Source: a virus
Taxonomy: Duplodnaviria; Caudoviricetes
Direction: 5' to 3' (one strand)
Virus record (IMG/VR): IMGVR_UViG_3300005613_000065
Location: 1-62,467 of that record
DNA length: 62,467 nucleotides
Positions 53,380 to 62,467 of the stretch are shown here, one piece after another (the stretch's first letter is position 1; the number at the start of each line of letters is the position of its first letter). The position numbers and the translations under genes are program-made. The notes below the pieces were generated by a model. That model worked only from the letters and a program-made list of their open reading frames with translations, was not told the origin of the DNA and did no database searches.

Positions 53380-55161
53380 ATGAATGAGGATCTCCGAGAT
53401 TGGTTTGGTAAAGGTGAAAAAGGTGGTGTGGGTGGTGGCGGATGGGATCGTTACAGCACTAAAGGTGAAAGAATTGGTAAGTGTGCCCGTGAGCCTGGTG
53501 AACTAAAACCTAAGTGTCTCTCAAAAGAGAAAGCAGCAAATATGTCTAAGGATGAAATTGCTGCAGCTGTGAGAAGAAAAAGAAAAAAAGATCCTATAGC
53601 AGATCGTCCAGGTAAAGGAGGAAAACCTAAGATGGTTTCTAATAAAATTAAGGAAGAAATGGAAGAAATTAGATATTGTCCTATGTGTAAAAAGAGAGAA
53701 AAAAGAAGTGAATGTTCTTATGGACCTAAAATGTGGGATTCAGTAACCGTACCATCATCAAATTCAACAATGCAAGAAGCAAAAAAACAGCCAGATCATG
53801 AACACTCAATGATTCGTTCTGAACTTGAGACAATTAGAAAGGCGGTAACTCGTCTTAAGTCAAAAATGAAAGGTGAAGGAAATGTAGAAGCTTGGGTACA
53901 ATCCAAAATTACTAAGGCTGCTGATTACATTGATTCTGCAGCAGATTATATTGAAAGTGGAGAACATAATGTTCATGGCTCTATGGATGAAGAAAAAGAT
54001 CCATGTTGGAAAGGATATAAACAAGTAGGAATGAAGAGGAAGAAAGGGAAAAACGTTCCAAATTGTGTTCCAGAAGAATATAATCTTTCCGAATCACATT
54101 TTAAGGTTGGTGATGAGGTTATCTGTAAAAAGAGTGGAATGGAAGGTGAGATTATTAAAGTTGATCCTGAAGAAAAAGGTAAGTATTACACCGTAAAACG
54201 TGAAGACGGAAAGAAAATGAAGTACGCTCCTGATGAACTCAAGCTTGAAGATGAAGGTGAAGAAGAGAAGGGAATGAAGGAAGTAAAAAATGGTGGGGTA
54301 AGTAGGAAATCAGAAACTAAGTTTCATAAAAAGTTGGATACTCTTGTTCATAAAACTTTTGGTAAGAGGTTAGGAGAACAAAAAGAAGATTTAAGTCCGA
54401 TTGTAGCAAAAGTCTTAGATAAGCATTTTGCTACAGAAGAACTTCAAACTTTTGAAGAAGAAAATAAACCAACAAATCCAAAACTTTGGTCAAGAGCAAA
54501 ATCTCTTGCTAAGAAAAAGTTTGATGTTTATCCTTCAGCTTATGCAAATGGTTGGGCTGCTAAATGGTATAAATCAAAAGGAGGTAAGTGGAAAACTTCT
54601 GAGGAAGTAGAAACTCAAGAAGTAAGTGAAGCAACTAGAATTCCATCTCAAAATGGAAATATCTATATGGTTGCTTTTTCTTGGAGAGGAAAGATGATGT
54701 ATATCAAGGTTTTCTTTCCAGAACCTAGAAGGCCAAATAGAAAACAAGTTGAAGAAACTATTAATAAAGTTTATCCTGGAGCAATGATTAGATCTTACGA
54801 TATGACCATAGTCAATCAGGGTGATTCATACCTGAATGCTGGTTCATATGAAGGAGGATCGGGAGCTGGAAAAAAGACTAATGTTTACGCAGTATTTGAT
54901 GAAGACTGGCAAAAGGTAAATCGTAAAGATAAGACTGATGGATTAAGTCAAAAGGCAGTAAATGCATATCGTCGTGAAAATCCAGGTTCTAAGTTACAAA
55001 CTGCAGTAACTGAGAAAAATCCAAAAGGAAAAAGAGCAGATCGTCGTAAATCATTTTGCCGACGTATGTCTGGGATGAAGTCAAAACTTACTTCTGCAAA
55101 AACTGCAAGAGATCCAGATTCAAGAATCAATAAAGCACTTCGTCGTTGGAACTGCAACTAA
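53380..55161 (+). CDS. modular basic protein, putative processed internal head polyprotein
   Basis: basic modules (EDLRDWF, PCWKGYKQVG, YPSAYANGW, RRKSFCRRM...ALRRWNC) separated by hydrophobic-X-E linkers. Confidence 0.75.
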   Translation: MNEDLRDWFGKGEKGGVGGGGWDRYSTKGERIGKCAREPGELKPKCLSKEKAANMSKDEIAAAVRRKRKKDPIADRPGKGGKPKMVSNKIKEEMEEIRYCPMCKKREKRSECSYGPKMWDSVTVPSSNSTMQEAKKQPDHEHSMIRSELETIRKAVTRLKSKMKGEGNVEAWVQSKITKAADYIDSAADYIESGEHNVHGSMDEEKDPCWKGYKQVGMKRKKGKNVPNCVPEEYNLSESHFKVGDEVICKKSGMEGEIIKVDPEEKGKYYTVKREDGKKMKYAPDELKLEDEGEEEKGMKEVKNGGVSRKSETKFHKKLDTLVHKTFGKRLGEQKEDLSPIVAKVLDKHFATEELQTFEEENKPTNPKLWSRAKSLAKKKFDVYPSAYANGWAAKWYKSKGGKWKTSEEVETQEVSEATRIPSQNGNIYMVAFSWRGKMMYIKVFFPEPRRPNRKQVEETINKVYPGAMIRSYDMTIVNQGDSYLNAGSYEGGSGAGKKTNVYAVFDEDWQKVNRKDKTDGLSQKAVNAYRRENPGSKLQTAVTEKNPKGKRADRRKSFCRRMSGMKSKLTSAKTARDPDSRINKALRRWNCN

Positions 55162-55475
55162 TGAAATCCTTCAAACAATTTTTATCGGAAAGTGTCACAA
55201 TTCAAGGCGATTTTAACGGAACTTTGAATGTAAATGGAAGTACTCCAGAACCACAACAAGTTGGTGAAAATTATGTGGCAGATGTAATGTGGAATGGGCA
55301 ATTATATAGAATGGAATTGACATCAGAAGGAATACCATCAACAAGAAGACTTTCTGAGCAACTTCAAGGAGAATATCCTGGAGCAATCGTTCATAACATT
55401 TATCCTGTACAGGAAAGGACATTAAATATAACAGGAACAAAAAGATATCATCCTGGAAAATTAGAGTGGATTTGA
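55161..55475 (+). CDS. putative internal head protein
   Basis: start MKSFKQFLSES resembles the capsid targeting sequence; TAATG coupling. Confidence 0.75.
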   Translation: MKSFKQFLSESVTIQGDFNGTLNVNGSTPEPQQVGENYVADVMWNGQLYRMELTSEGIPSTRRLSEQLQGEYPGAIVHNIYPVQERTLNITGTKRYHPGKLEWI

Positions 55476-55479
55476 TTTT

Positions 55480-56844
55480 ATGGCACAGTGGAATAAAAAT
55501 ACACAAGATTATCTAAACCAAGAAAGAACACTTCATGAAGTCTTTATGTGTGCCGATAGATATGGCAACATAGGAGATTGTGGAGTATCTACAGGTATAA
55601 GTGCTGGTGGATATGATGCTTTTGGACGGTCAAGAACATCAGAACCATTTACCCTTGCAGACTATTCTCACCAGTATGGATTGAATGAAGAGATTCTAAT
55701 TAAAAAAGTTGGATCTGGTTCAACAGTAGAATATCTCCGAAACAAAGCAGCTGCATCTCTTGTAGTTGGCACTGGTTCTACTGATTATACGATACATCAA
55801 TCTAGAATGTATCATCACTATATGCCAGGCAAATCTCAGTTTGCTCTTTCCAGTTTCAACTTTAATGATGTAAGAGAGAATACTGTTAAGAGAACTGGAT
55901 ACTTTGATGATAGAAATGGAGTATTTGTTCAGCAAGAAGGTGATGGGACAGTTTCTCTTGTGAGGAGGGATTATGTTTCTGGTATTGCATCAGATACTGT
56001 TGTTAATCAATCAAGTTGGAGTTTAGATCCAATGAATGGTGTTGGTATTTCCAGCATCAGTCTTGATTTTACAAAGACTCAATTATTTGCAACCGATTTT
56101 CAATGGTTAGGTGTTGGCAGAATTCGTTGTGGATTTGTGGTTGGTGGAAGCCTTGTATATTGCCATGAATTCAATCATTCCAATATTGAAGAAAATGTTT
56201 ATTGGAGCCAACCTTCACTTCCGATTCGTTGTGAAGTAAGAAATACTGATACTGCTGTTGGTGTCACATCAATGCAGCAGATTTGTTCTACTGTATTGAG
56301 TGAAGGTGGATATGAAGAAAGTGGATTTGAATTCTCTCATGGGGTAACAACTGCAATTTCTCTTCCTGGTTCTAATAGTGCTCCAAATCACATTAAGTGT
56401 GTAATGGCAATTCGTGCCAAACCAACTGTAAATGGATATCCAAATAGAACAACAATTCGTATTTCAGATTTAGAACTTCTTTCTACTTCTGCACCTTGTA
56501 AGTTTGATGTTTATAGAATGCCAGACAGTTCAAATATCACAGGAGGAACTTGGGTAGATTTTGATGATGATTATTCTGGTGTACAGTACAATATCAGTGT
56601 TGGCACTAACTTCAATCTAACAAATGCATATTCAAAATCTACTGGATATGTGACAGGAAATAACCCATCAGGTAAGCAAGCATCGGGTAATATTAACCTT
56701 AGTCCTTCATCTGCAAAGAAATCATATCTTGCACAAAACATAGATAGTGATGATAGTAATATTTTTGCAGTAGTTGTTCAAAACTTAACTACAAATACCG
56801 CAAACGAAATTTATGTTGCTATGCAATGGAGAGAAACTCGATAG
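55480..56844 (+). CDS. virion structural protein
   Basis: DAFGRSRTSEP, YMPGKSQ, DFQWLGVGRIRCGF motifs; position in late module. Confidence 0.75.
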   Translation: MAQWNKNTQDYLNQERTLHEVFMCADRYGNIGDCGVSTGISAGGYDAFGRSRTSEPFTLADYSHQYGLNEEILIKKVGSGSTVEYLRNKAAASLVVGTGSTDYTIHQSRMYHHYMPGKSQFALSSFNFNDVRENTVKRTGYFDDRNGVFVQQEGDGTVSLVRRDYVSGIASDTVVNQSSWSLDPMNGVGISSISLDFTKTQLFATDFQWLGVGRIRCGFVVGGSLVYCHEFNHSNIEENVYWSQPSLPIRCEVRNTDTAVGVTSMQQICSTVLSEGGYEESGFEFSHGVTTAISLPGSNSAPNHIKCVMAIRAKPTVNGYPNRTTIRISDLELLSTSAPCKFDVYRMPDSSNITGGTWVDFDDDYSGVQYNISVGTNFNLTNAYSKSTGYVTGNNPSGKQASGNINLSPSSAKKSYLAQNIDSDDSNIFAVVVQNLTTNTANEIYVAMQWRETR

Positions 56845-56851
56845 GTAACTT

Positions 56852-58498
56852 ATGGTTGATAATGTATATCTTGGTAATCCGAATCTAAAAAAAGCAAATA
56901 CTGCTATTGAGTTTACTCAAGAACAAATTCTTGAGTTTATGAAATGCAAGGAAGACCCAGTTTACTTTGCTAACAATTATATTAAGATTGTTTCTCTTGA
57001 TGAGGGTCTGACTCAGTTTCATCCATATCATTTTCAAGAAAAGTTAATCAATAACTTTCACGATAACAGATTTAATATCTGTAAGATGCCACGACAGACT
57101 GGTAAATCTACTACAGTCGTATCTTACCTTTTGCACTATGCTGTCTTTAATGACAGTGTAAACATTGGTATTCTGGCAAACAAAGCAGCAACCGCAAGAG
57201 AACTTCTTGGAAGGTTACAAACTGCATATGAGAACTTACCAAAATGGATGCAACAGGGTATCATATCATGGAACAAAGGATCTCTGGAGTTAGAAAATGG
57301 CAGTAAGATATTGGCAGCTTCTACGTCTGCGAGTGCTGTCCGAGGTATGTCATTCAACATCCTCTTTCTCGACGAGTTCGCATTCGTCCCGAATCACGTT
57401 GCTGACTCGTTCTTTGCATCTGTTTATCCTACTATTACTTCTGGTAAAAACACCAAAGTAATTATTGTATCTACTCCACACGGTATGAATCACTTCTACC
57501 GTATGTGGCATGATGCGGAGAAGGGAAAGAATGAATATGTCCCAACTGATGTTCATTGGTCAGAAGTTCCTGGAAGAGATGAGGAGTGGAAAGAAACCAC
57601 TATTGCCAACACTTCAGAACAACAGTTTAAAGTTGAGTTTGAATGTGAGTTCTTAGGATCTGTTGATACACTGATTGCTCCTAGTAAATTAAGGACGATG
57701 GTATATGATAATCCACTGCAAAGAAATGCTGGATTAGATGTATATGAACCATCAAAGGATAAACATGATTATGTAATGACAGTTGACGTTGCTAGAGGAG
57801 TTGGAGAAGATTATTCTGCATTTGTAGTTGTAGATATTACTGAGTTTCCTCATAGAGTTGTAGCAAAGTATAGAAATAACGACATCAAACCAATGTTGTT
57901 CCCTAACATCATTTACGAAGTGGCAAAGAATTACAATAGTGCATTTATTTTATGTGAGGTAAATGATATTGGAGATCAAGTTGCAAGTATTCTTCAATAT
58001 GATCTTGAATATCAGAATCTGTTGATGTGTTCTATGAGAGGTAGAGCAGGACAGATTGTTGGTCAAGGATTCTCTGGTAAAAAAACACAATTGGGTGTTA
58101 AGATGTCCAAGACAGTAAAGAAAGTTGGATCTCTCAACCTCAAAACCCTAATTGAAGAAGATAAGTTAATCTTCAATGACTATGAGATTATCTCAGAACT
58201 GACAACCTTTATTTCAAAGCACAACTCATTTGAGGCAGAAGAGGGTTGTAATGATGACTTGGCAATGTGTCTTGTCATCTATGCCTGGTTAGTCCAGATG
58301 GACTATTTCAAAGAATTGACTGATCAGGATGTTCGTAAGAGATTATACGAAGAACAAAAGAACCAGATTGAGCAAGATATGGCTCCCTTTGGTTTCTTAA
58401 ATGATGGATTAAGTGATGATAGTTTTGTTGATAGTGAGGGTGATAGATGGTTTACCGATGAGTATGGAGATAGATCTTACATGTGGGACTACCGTTAA
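56852..58498 (+). CDS. g17: terminase large subunit gp17
   Basis: YLGNPNLK, PRQTGKST Walker A, LFLDEFAF Walker B, VDVARG nuclease, DDLAM. Confidence 0.97.
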   Translation: MVDNVYLGNPNLKKANTAIEFTQEQILEFMKCKEDPVYFANNYIKIVSLDEGLTQFHPYHFQEKLINNFHDNRFNICKMPRQTGKSTTVVSYLLHYAVFNDSVNIGILANKAATARELLGRLQTAYENLPKWMQQGIISWNKGSLELENGSKILAASTSASAVRGMSFNILFLDEFAFVPNHVADSFFASVYPTITSGKNTKVIIVSTPHGMNHFYRMWHDAEKGKNEYVPTDVHWSEVPGRDEEWKETTIANTSEQQFKVEFECEFLGSVDTLIAPSKLRTMVYDNPLQRNAGLDVYEPSKDKHDYVMTVDVARGVGEDYSAFVVVDITEFPHRVVAKYRNNDIKPMLFPNIIYEVAKNYNSAFILCEVNDIGDQVASILQYDLEYQNLLMCSMRGRAGQIVGQGFSGKKTQLGVKMSKTVKKVGSLNLKTLIEEDKLIFNDYEIISELTTFISKHNSFEAEEGCNDDLAMCLVIYAWLVQMDYFKELTDQDVRKRLYEEQKNQIEQDMAPFGFLNDGLSDDSFVDSEGDRWFTDEYGDRSYMWDYR

Positions 58499-58701
58499 TG
58501 GACGAAGATCAACCAATAAAGTTAGATATATCTCTTTGTTTTCAAATTGAAGATGTTAAAATGCAATATGCTGCTATGGAAAAATATATGGAAGATATGG
58601 ATAAAGTGAGTTGGGAGTATCGTCATGCAGACAAAATAAAAACAGAATTATATCGAGTTATAGCTCATCACAAATTTCATCATGAAAAGGAAGGAGAATG
58701 A
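58498..58701 (+). CDS. hypothetical protein
   Basis: ORF track 58483..58701; coupled ATG at 58498. Confidence 0.65.
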   Translation: MDEDQPIKLDISLCFQIEDVKMQYAAMEKYMEDMDKVSWEYRHADKIKTELYRVIAHHKFHHEKEGE

Positions 58702-58929
58702 ATGGATTTAGATGGTCAGATAAAACTTGGACACCTTTTGCTACAAGACAGAAAGTGTAGAGTTTGTGGCGAAACAAAATATCTAGTTGAAGAGTTTTAC
58801 AGAACCAGAAAAGATAGGGGTCCAGTAGCATCTTCATATTCATATGAATGTAAAGAGTGTACAATAACAAGAGTTGCAAACAAAATGACAAACAGAGTTT
58901 TGGGTAAGTGGGAATATCCAGATTGGTAG
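58702..58929 (+). CDS. small Zn-finger protein
   Basis: CRVC...FYRTRK...SYECKEC; SD AGGAG. Confidence 0.8.
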   Translation: MDLDGQIKLGHLLLQDRKCRVCGETKYLVEEFYRTRKDRGPVASSYSYECKECTITRVANKMTNRVLGKWEYPDW

Positions 58930-59007
58930 TTCACGGCGTGTTTCCCCTGCGAAACTATGGTTTTTAATAAATATTTTCAGATAAACTGAGACTCGGAGAA
59001 CAAAAAC

Positions 59008-61215
59008 ATGGCGACTCCTCAATTATCTCCAGGCGTATTAGTCAGGGAGGTTGACCTAACAGTAGGAAGAGCTGATAATGTACTAGACAACATTGGTGCG
59101 ATCGCTGGACCTTTCAAGATCGGACCAATTGACGATCCAATTGACATTTCTACAGAACAAGAACTTATCGATACATTCGGTAAGCCCCTGTCAACTGACT
59201 CACAGTATGAGTACTGGATGAGTGCATCATCTTTCCTTTCTTATGGGGGAGTTCTGAAGGTTATTAGAACTGATGACACCCAACTCAATAATGCAAATGC
59301 AGGTGTTGGAATTGCATCAACAACCTCACTGAAGATTACCAACTATGATGACTATGTTGGTTTCCATACTTCAGACAATAGTTTTACATATGCTGCTAAG
59401 AACCCTGGAACCTGGGGTAATGGACTGAAAGTTTGCACAATTGACGACTTTGCTGATCAAAGAGTCGGTATTGCAACAACTGGTCTTGCTGATGCTGGTG
59501 CAACAATCGGATTTGGTGTAACCGCATCACTTGACAATGCAGTCATTCCTGGATCAGGAACGACTACTGGATTCACTGGATTCCTGAAAGGCATCATCGT
59601 TGGAATGGCAACTGATGTAACTGGTGGAAATAGCACGATTGATGTTAAGGTTGTTTCTCGTGTAGAAACTGTTGGTGGTGGATCTACCGAAACTAAGATC
59701 ACTTATCAAGAAGGTTCTAACACAAGAGCATTTGGTACTGGTACAGAGATTCACTTCGTTAATAATTCTGGTATTAACAGCACTGGACTTAACGGTACTA
59801 CTTTCACTCCAGCAACTGCAGTTGACTGGTATGAGGAGCAAACTCTGGGTCTGACTAATGCAACTACTTATTGGAAAGCAATTGCACCAAGACCTACATC
59901 TAATGTTTATGTAACCGATAGAAACGGTATAAATGATGGACTTCATGTTGTAGTTGTTGATGACACAGGTTCCATTACTGGAATCAAGGGCAACATTCTT
60001 GAGAAGCACGTCAACCTGTCCAAGGCAGGAGATGCAATCTCTAATGTAAATGCACCTCAGAGAATCTACTACAAGGATTACCTTGCTGATTTCTCTGCTA
60101 ACATCTATGCTGGTTATAATCCTTCCCAAGCATATGATGCAGCACACAACACAACTCCAAGAGCAACTGGATTCTCAACCGACTTCACCGCAATTACAAC
60201 TGCAGATGGACTCTGGGGACAATCTGCTCAAGATGTAACATTTGCTGGTATTGGTAATGTAACTTACACACTCGGTGGTGGTGTTGATTATTCCGCAACT
60301 GGTGGAATGAAGGCAGAACTTTCCAACCTGATCACTTCATACGGACTCTTCTCTAATAAAGATGAAATTGAAGTTGATTATCTGATCATGGGTCCTGGTT
60401 GTGCAACTGAAGCAGAATCGCAAGCAAAAGCAAACTACTTAATTTCTGTTGCTAATGATAGAAAGGACTGCATGGCAGTCGTTGGACCTCACAGAGGAAA
60501 TCTGGTTAACATCACTAACACGAATACTCAGACAGAAAATCTGATCAACTACTTCAGTTCACTGTCCTCCTCGTCTTATGCAACATTTGACAGTGGATAT
60601 AAGTACACCTACGACAGATTCAATAACGAGTTCCGTTATGTTCCAACAAATGCTGATGTTGCTGGTCTCATGACTCGCACAGCAATCGTTGCATATCCTT
60701 GGTTCTCACCTGCTGGACAACAGAGAGGTGTTATTAACAATGCAGTTAAGTTGGCATACAACCCCAACAAAGCACAAAGAGATCGTCTCTATCCTGCAAG
60801 AATTAACTCCTTTGTCACCACACCTGGTATCGGAACACTTCTCTTCGGTGATAAGACTGCACTCGGATATGCTTCTGCGTTTGACAGAATCAACGTTCGT
60901 CGTTTGTTCCTTACCATCGAACAAGCACTGGAAAGAGCAGCACAAGCTCAACTCTTTGAACTCAACGATGAGTTAACCAGAGCTAACTTCAGAAACATCG
61001 TTGAACCTTATCTTCGTGACATTCAATCGAAGAGAGGACTTTATGGATTCATGGTTGTTTGTGATAGCACGAACAACACTCCTGATATCATCGATAATAA
61101 TGAGTTTAGGGCAGACATCTTCCTGAAGCCTGCTAAGTCGATTAACTATGTAACACTCACCTTCGTTGCTACCCGTACTGGTGTTAGCTTTGAAGAAGTA
61201 GTTGGCAGAGTTTGA
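59008..61215 (+). CDS. g18: tail sheath protein gp18
   Basis: SPGVLVREVDLT, PWFSPAG, FDRINVRRLF, KPAKSINY; AATAAATA 58966-58973. Confidence 0.97.
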   Translation: MATPQLSPGVLVREVDLTVGRADNVLDNIGAIAGPFKIGPIDDPIDISTEQELIDTFGKPLSTDSQYEYWMSASSFLSYGGVLKVIRTDDTQLNNANAGVGIASTTSLKITNYDDYVGFHTSDNSFTYAAKNPGTWGNGLKVCTIDDFADQRVGIATTGLADAGATIGFGVTASLDNAVIPGSGTTTGFTGFLKGIIVGMATDVTGGNSTIDVKVVSRVETVGGGSTETKITYQEGSNTRAFGTGTEIHFVNNSGINSTGLNGTTFTPATAVDWYEEQTLGLTNATTYWKAIAPRPTSNVYVTDRNGINDGLHVVVVDDTGSITGIKGNILEKHVNLSKAGDAISNVNAPQRIYYKDYLADFSANIYAGYNPSQAYDAAHNTTPRATGFSTDFTAITTADGLWGQSAQDVTFAGIGNVTYTLGGGVDYSATGGMKAELSNLITSYGLFSNKDEIEVDYLIMGPGCATEAESQAKANYLISVANDRKDCMAVVGPHRGNLVNITNTNTQTENLINYFSSLSSSSYATFDSGYKYTYDRFNNEFRYVPTNADVAGLMTRTAIVAYPWFSPAGQQRGVINNAVKLAYNPNKAQRDRLYPARINSFVTTPGIGTLLFGDKTALGYASAFDRINVRRLFLTIEQALERAAQAQLFELNDELTRANFRNIVEPYLRDIQSKRGLYGFMVVCDSTNNTPDIIDNNEFRADIFLKPAKSINYVTLTFVATRTGVSFEEVVGRV

Positions 61216-61250
61216 TAGCATTATCTAAATACCAAAAGGAGGATTAAAAA

Positions 61251-61820
61251 ATGCCACACTCTATCGAGAAAATTAAATCAACTCTTGTTGGGGGCGGTGC
61301 TCGCCCCAATCTATTCCAGGTAGACTTAACTTCTTTCCCTGGATCGGGTGATACAAACTACGATTCTGATAGTTTTTCTGTTCTCTGTAAGGCAGCACAG
61401 TTGCCTGCTTCTAACGTAGCATCAATTGATGTTCCATTCAGAGGCAGAATCTTCAAAGTTGCTGGAGACAGAACCTTTGATACTTGGACCGTTACAGTCA
61501 TCAACGATAACGACTTCGTTATTCGCACTGCAATGGAACGTTGGATGCAAGAGATTGCACAATATGCTGATGGATCTGGTTTGCTTGACCCAGCAGATTA
61601 TCAAGTTGATGCTGTTGTCAAACAGTTCAAGAGAAAAACATCTGCTACCAATGATGTAAGAGGTGATGGTCTTGAGACTGCTAAGAAGTACAAGTTCTAC
61701 GGAATCTTCCCAACGAACGTTGCTGCTATTGACCTGTCTTACGACACATCTGACACCATTGAAGAATTTACAGTTGAATTCCAAGTTCAATACTGGTCCC
61801 CAGATAACACTGCTGACTGA
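61251..61820 (+). CDS. g19: tail tube protein gp19
   Basis: GGGARPNLF, FRGR..KVAGDRTF..W, IEEFTVEFQVQYW; TCTAAATA 61224-61231. Confidence 0.97.
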   Translation: MPHSIEKIKSTLVGGGARPNLFQVDLTSFPGSGDTNYDSDSFSVLCKAAQLPASNVASIDVPFRGRIFKVAGDRTFDTWTVTVINDNDFVIRTAMERWMQEIAQYADGSGLLDPADYQVDAVVKQFKRKTSATNDVRGDGLETAKKYKFYGIFPTNVAAIDLSYDTSDTIEEFTVEFQVQYWSPDNTAD

Positions 61821-61856
61821 TCCATAAATAGATCAGACTTAAGTTAGTTTATAATA

Positions 61857-62467
61857 ATGTCTAAGTTATTTGGGTTCTCTATTGAGGACACAGAACCACT
61901 ATCTCCAAGTGCCGTCAGTCCCGTTCCTCCTAATAATGAGGACGGGAATGACCACTATATGAGTAGTGGTTTTTTTGGTTCTTATGTAGATATTGAAGGT
62001 GTATATCGCACCGAATTTGATCTCATTAAAAGATATCGTGAAATGGCACTTCATCCCGAAGCGGATAGTGCCATTGAAGATATTGTAAATGAAGCAATCG
62101 TATCAGATTCTAATGATAGTCCTGTTGAGATTGAACTTTCAAATCTCAATGCTAGTGATGGTATCAAAAATATAATTCGTAAAGAGTTCAAATACATTCT
62201 CGATCTTCTTGATTTTGATAAGAAGGCACACGAAATTTATAGAAATTGGTATATTGATGGTCGCATTTACTATCATAAAGTTATTGATTTAAAGAATCCT
62301 GAAGCAGGTATCCAGGAACTTCGTTATATTGACGCAATGAAAATGCGTTATGTTAGACAGCAGAAAAAATCAAAGAATGATGTTTCTGCTATCACAAAAA
62401 TAAGAAGTGATAATCCTATGGATTATGACTTCCCTGAGATTGAAGAGTTTTTCATCTATAATCCTAA
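61857..62467 (+). CDS. g20: portal protein gp20 (5' part, runs off window)
   Basis: read by hand MSKLFGFSIED...LIKRYREMALHPEADSAIEDIVNEAIV...RNWYIDGRIYYHKVID; CATAAATA 61823-61830. Confidence 0.95.
   Translation, partial: MSKLFGFSIEDTEPLSPSAVSPVPPNNEDGNDHYMSSGFFGSYVDIEGVYRTEFDLIKRYREMALHPEADSAIEDIVNEAIVSDSNDSPVEIELSNLNASDGIKNIIRKEFKYILDLLDFDKKAHEIYRNWYIDGRIYYHKVIDLKNPEAGIQELRYIDAMKMRYVRQQKKSKNDVSAITKIRSDNPMDYDFPEIEEFFIYNP

Noticed and set aside
61841-61850. AAGTTAGTTT before gp20 resembling the element
   Set aside because: Only 9 nt match; lacks ACCT-N4-AGGT and follows a normal late promoter.
1-62467. tRNA/rRNA genes, introns or inteins in gp17/gp18/gp20, reverse transcriptase or DGR
   Set aside because: No cloverleaf signatures noticed; core genes are uninterrupted and of normal length; no RT motifs or adenine-specific repeat pair seen.

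Overview
Fragment of a T4-like cyanomyovirus (Kyanoviridae-type) genome; every credible gene is on the + strand. 1-23.3 kb is an accessory/early region of about 70 mostly small hypothetical ORFs, three GIY-YIG homing endonucleases (HEGs), a ligase-like nucleotidyltransferase and an SF2 helicase. 23.4-62.5 kb is the late virion module (gp25, gp6, gp7, gp8, VrlC-like, gp13-gp19, start of gp20). Two non-coding systems stand out. (1) A 33-bp element (consensus AAGTTAGTTACCTGCAAAGGTC-N5-TANTGT) occurs 15 times between 8.3 and 19.9 kb. It usually abuts the upstream stop codon and lies 13-25 nt before the next start, dividing the region into cassette-like units; neighbouring copies share flanks and two inserted modules are bracketed by duplications of it. 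(2) Each HEG is preceded by 'late promoter - hairpin small RNA - terminator - late promoter', and the small-RNA loop is complementary to the HEG mRNA leader, with covarying sequence between unrelated HEGs. There is also a candidate structured ncRNA (19.6-19.8 kb) and two origin-like regions. Product calls come from motif recognition and synteny only; no database search was run.
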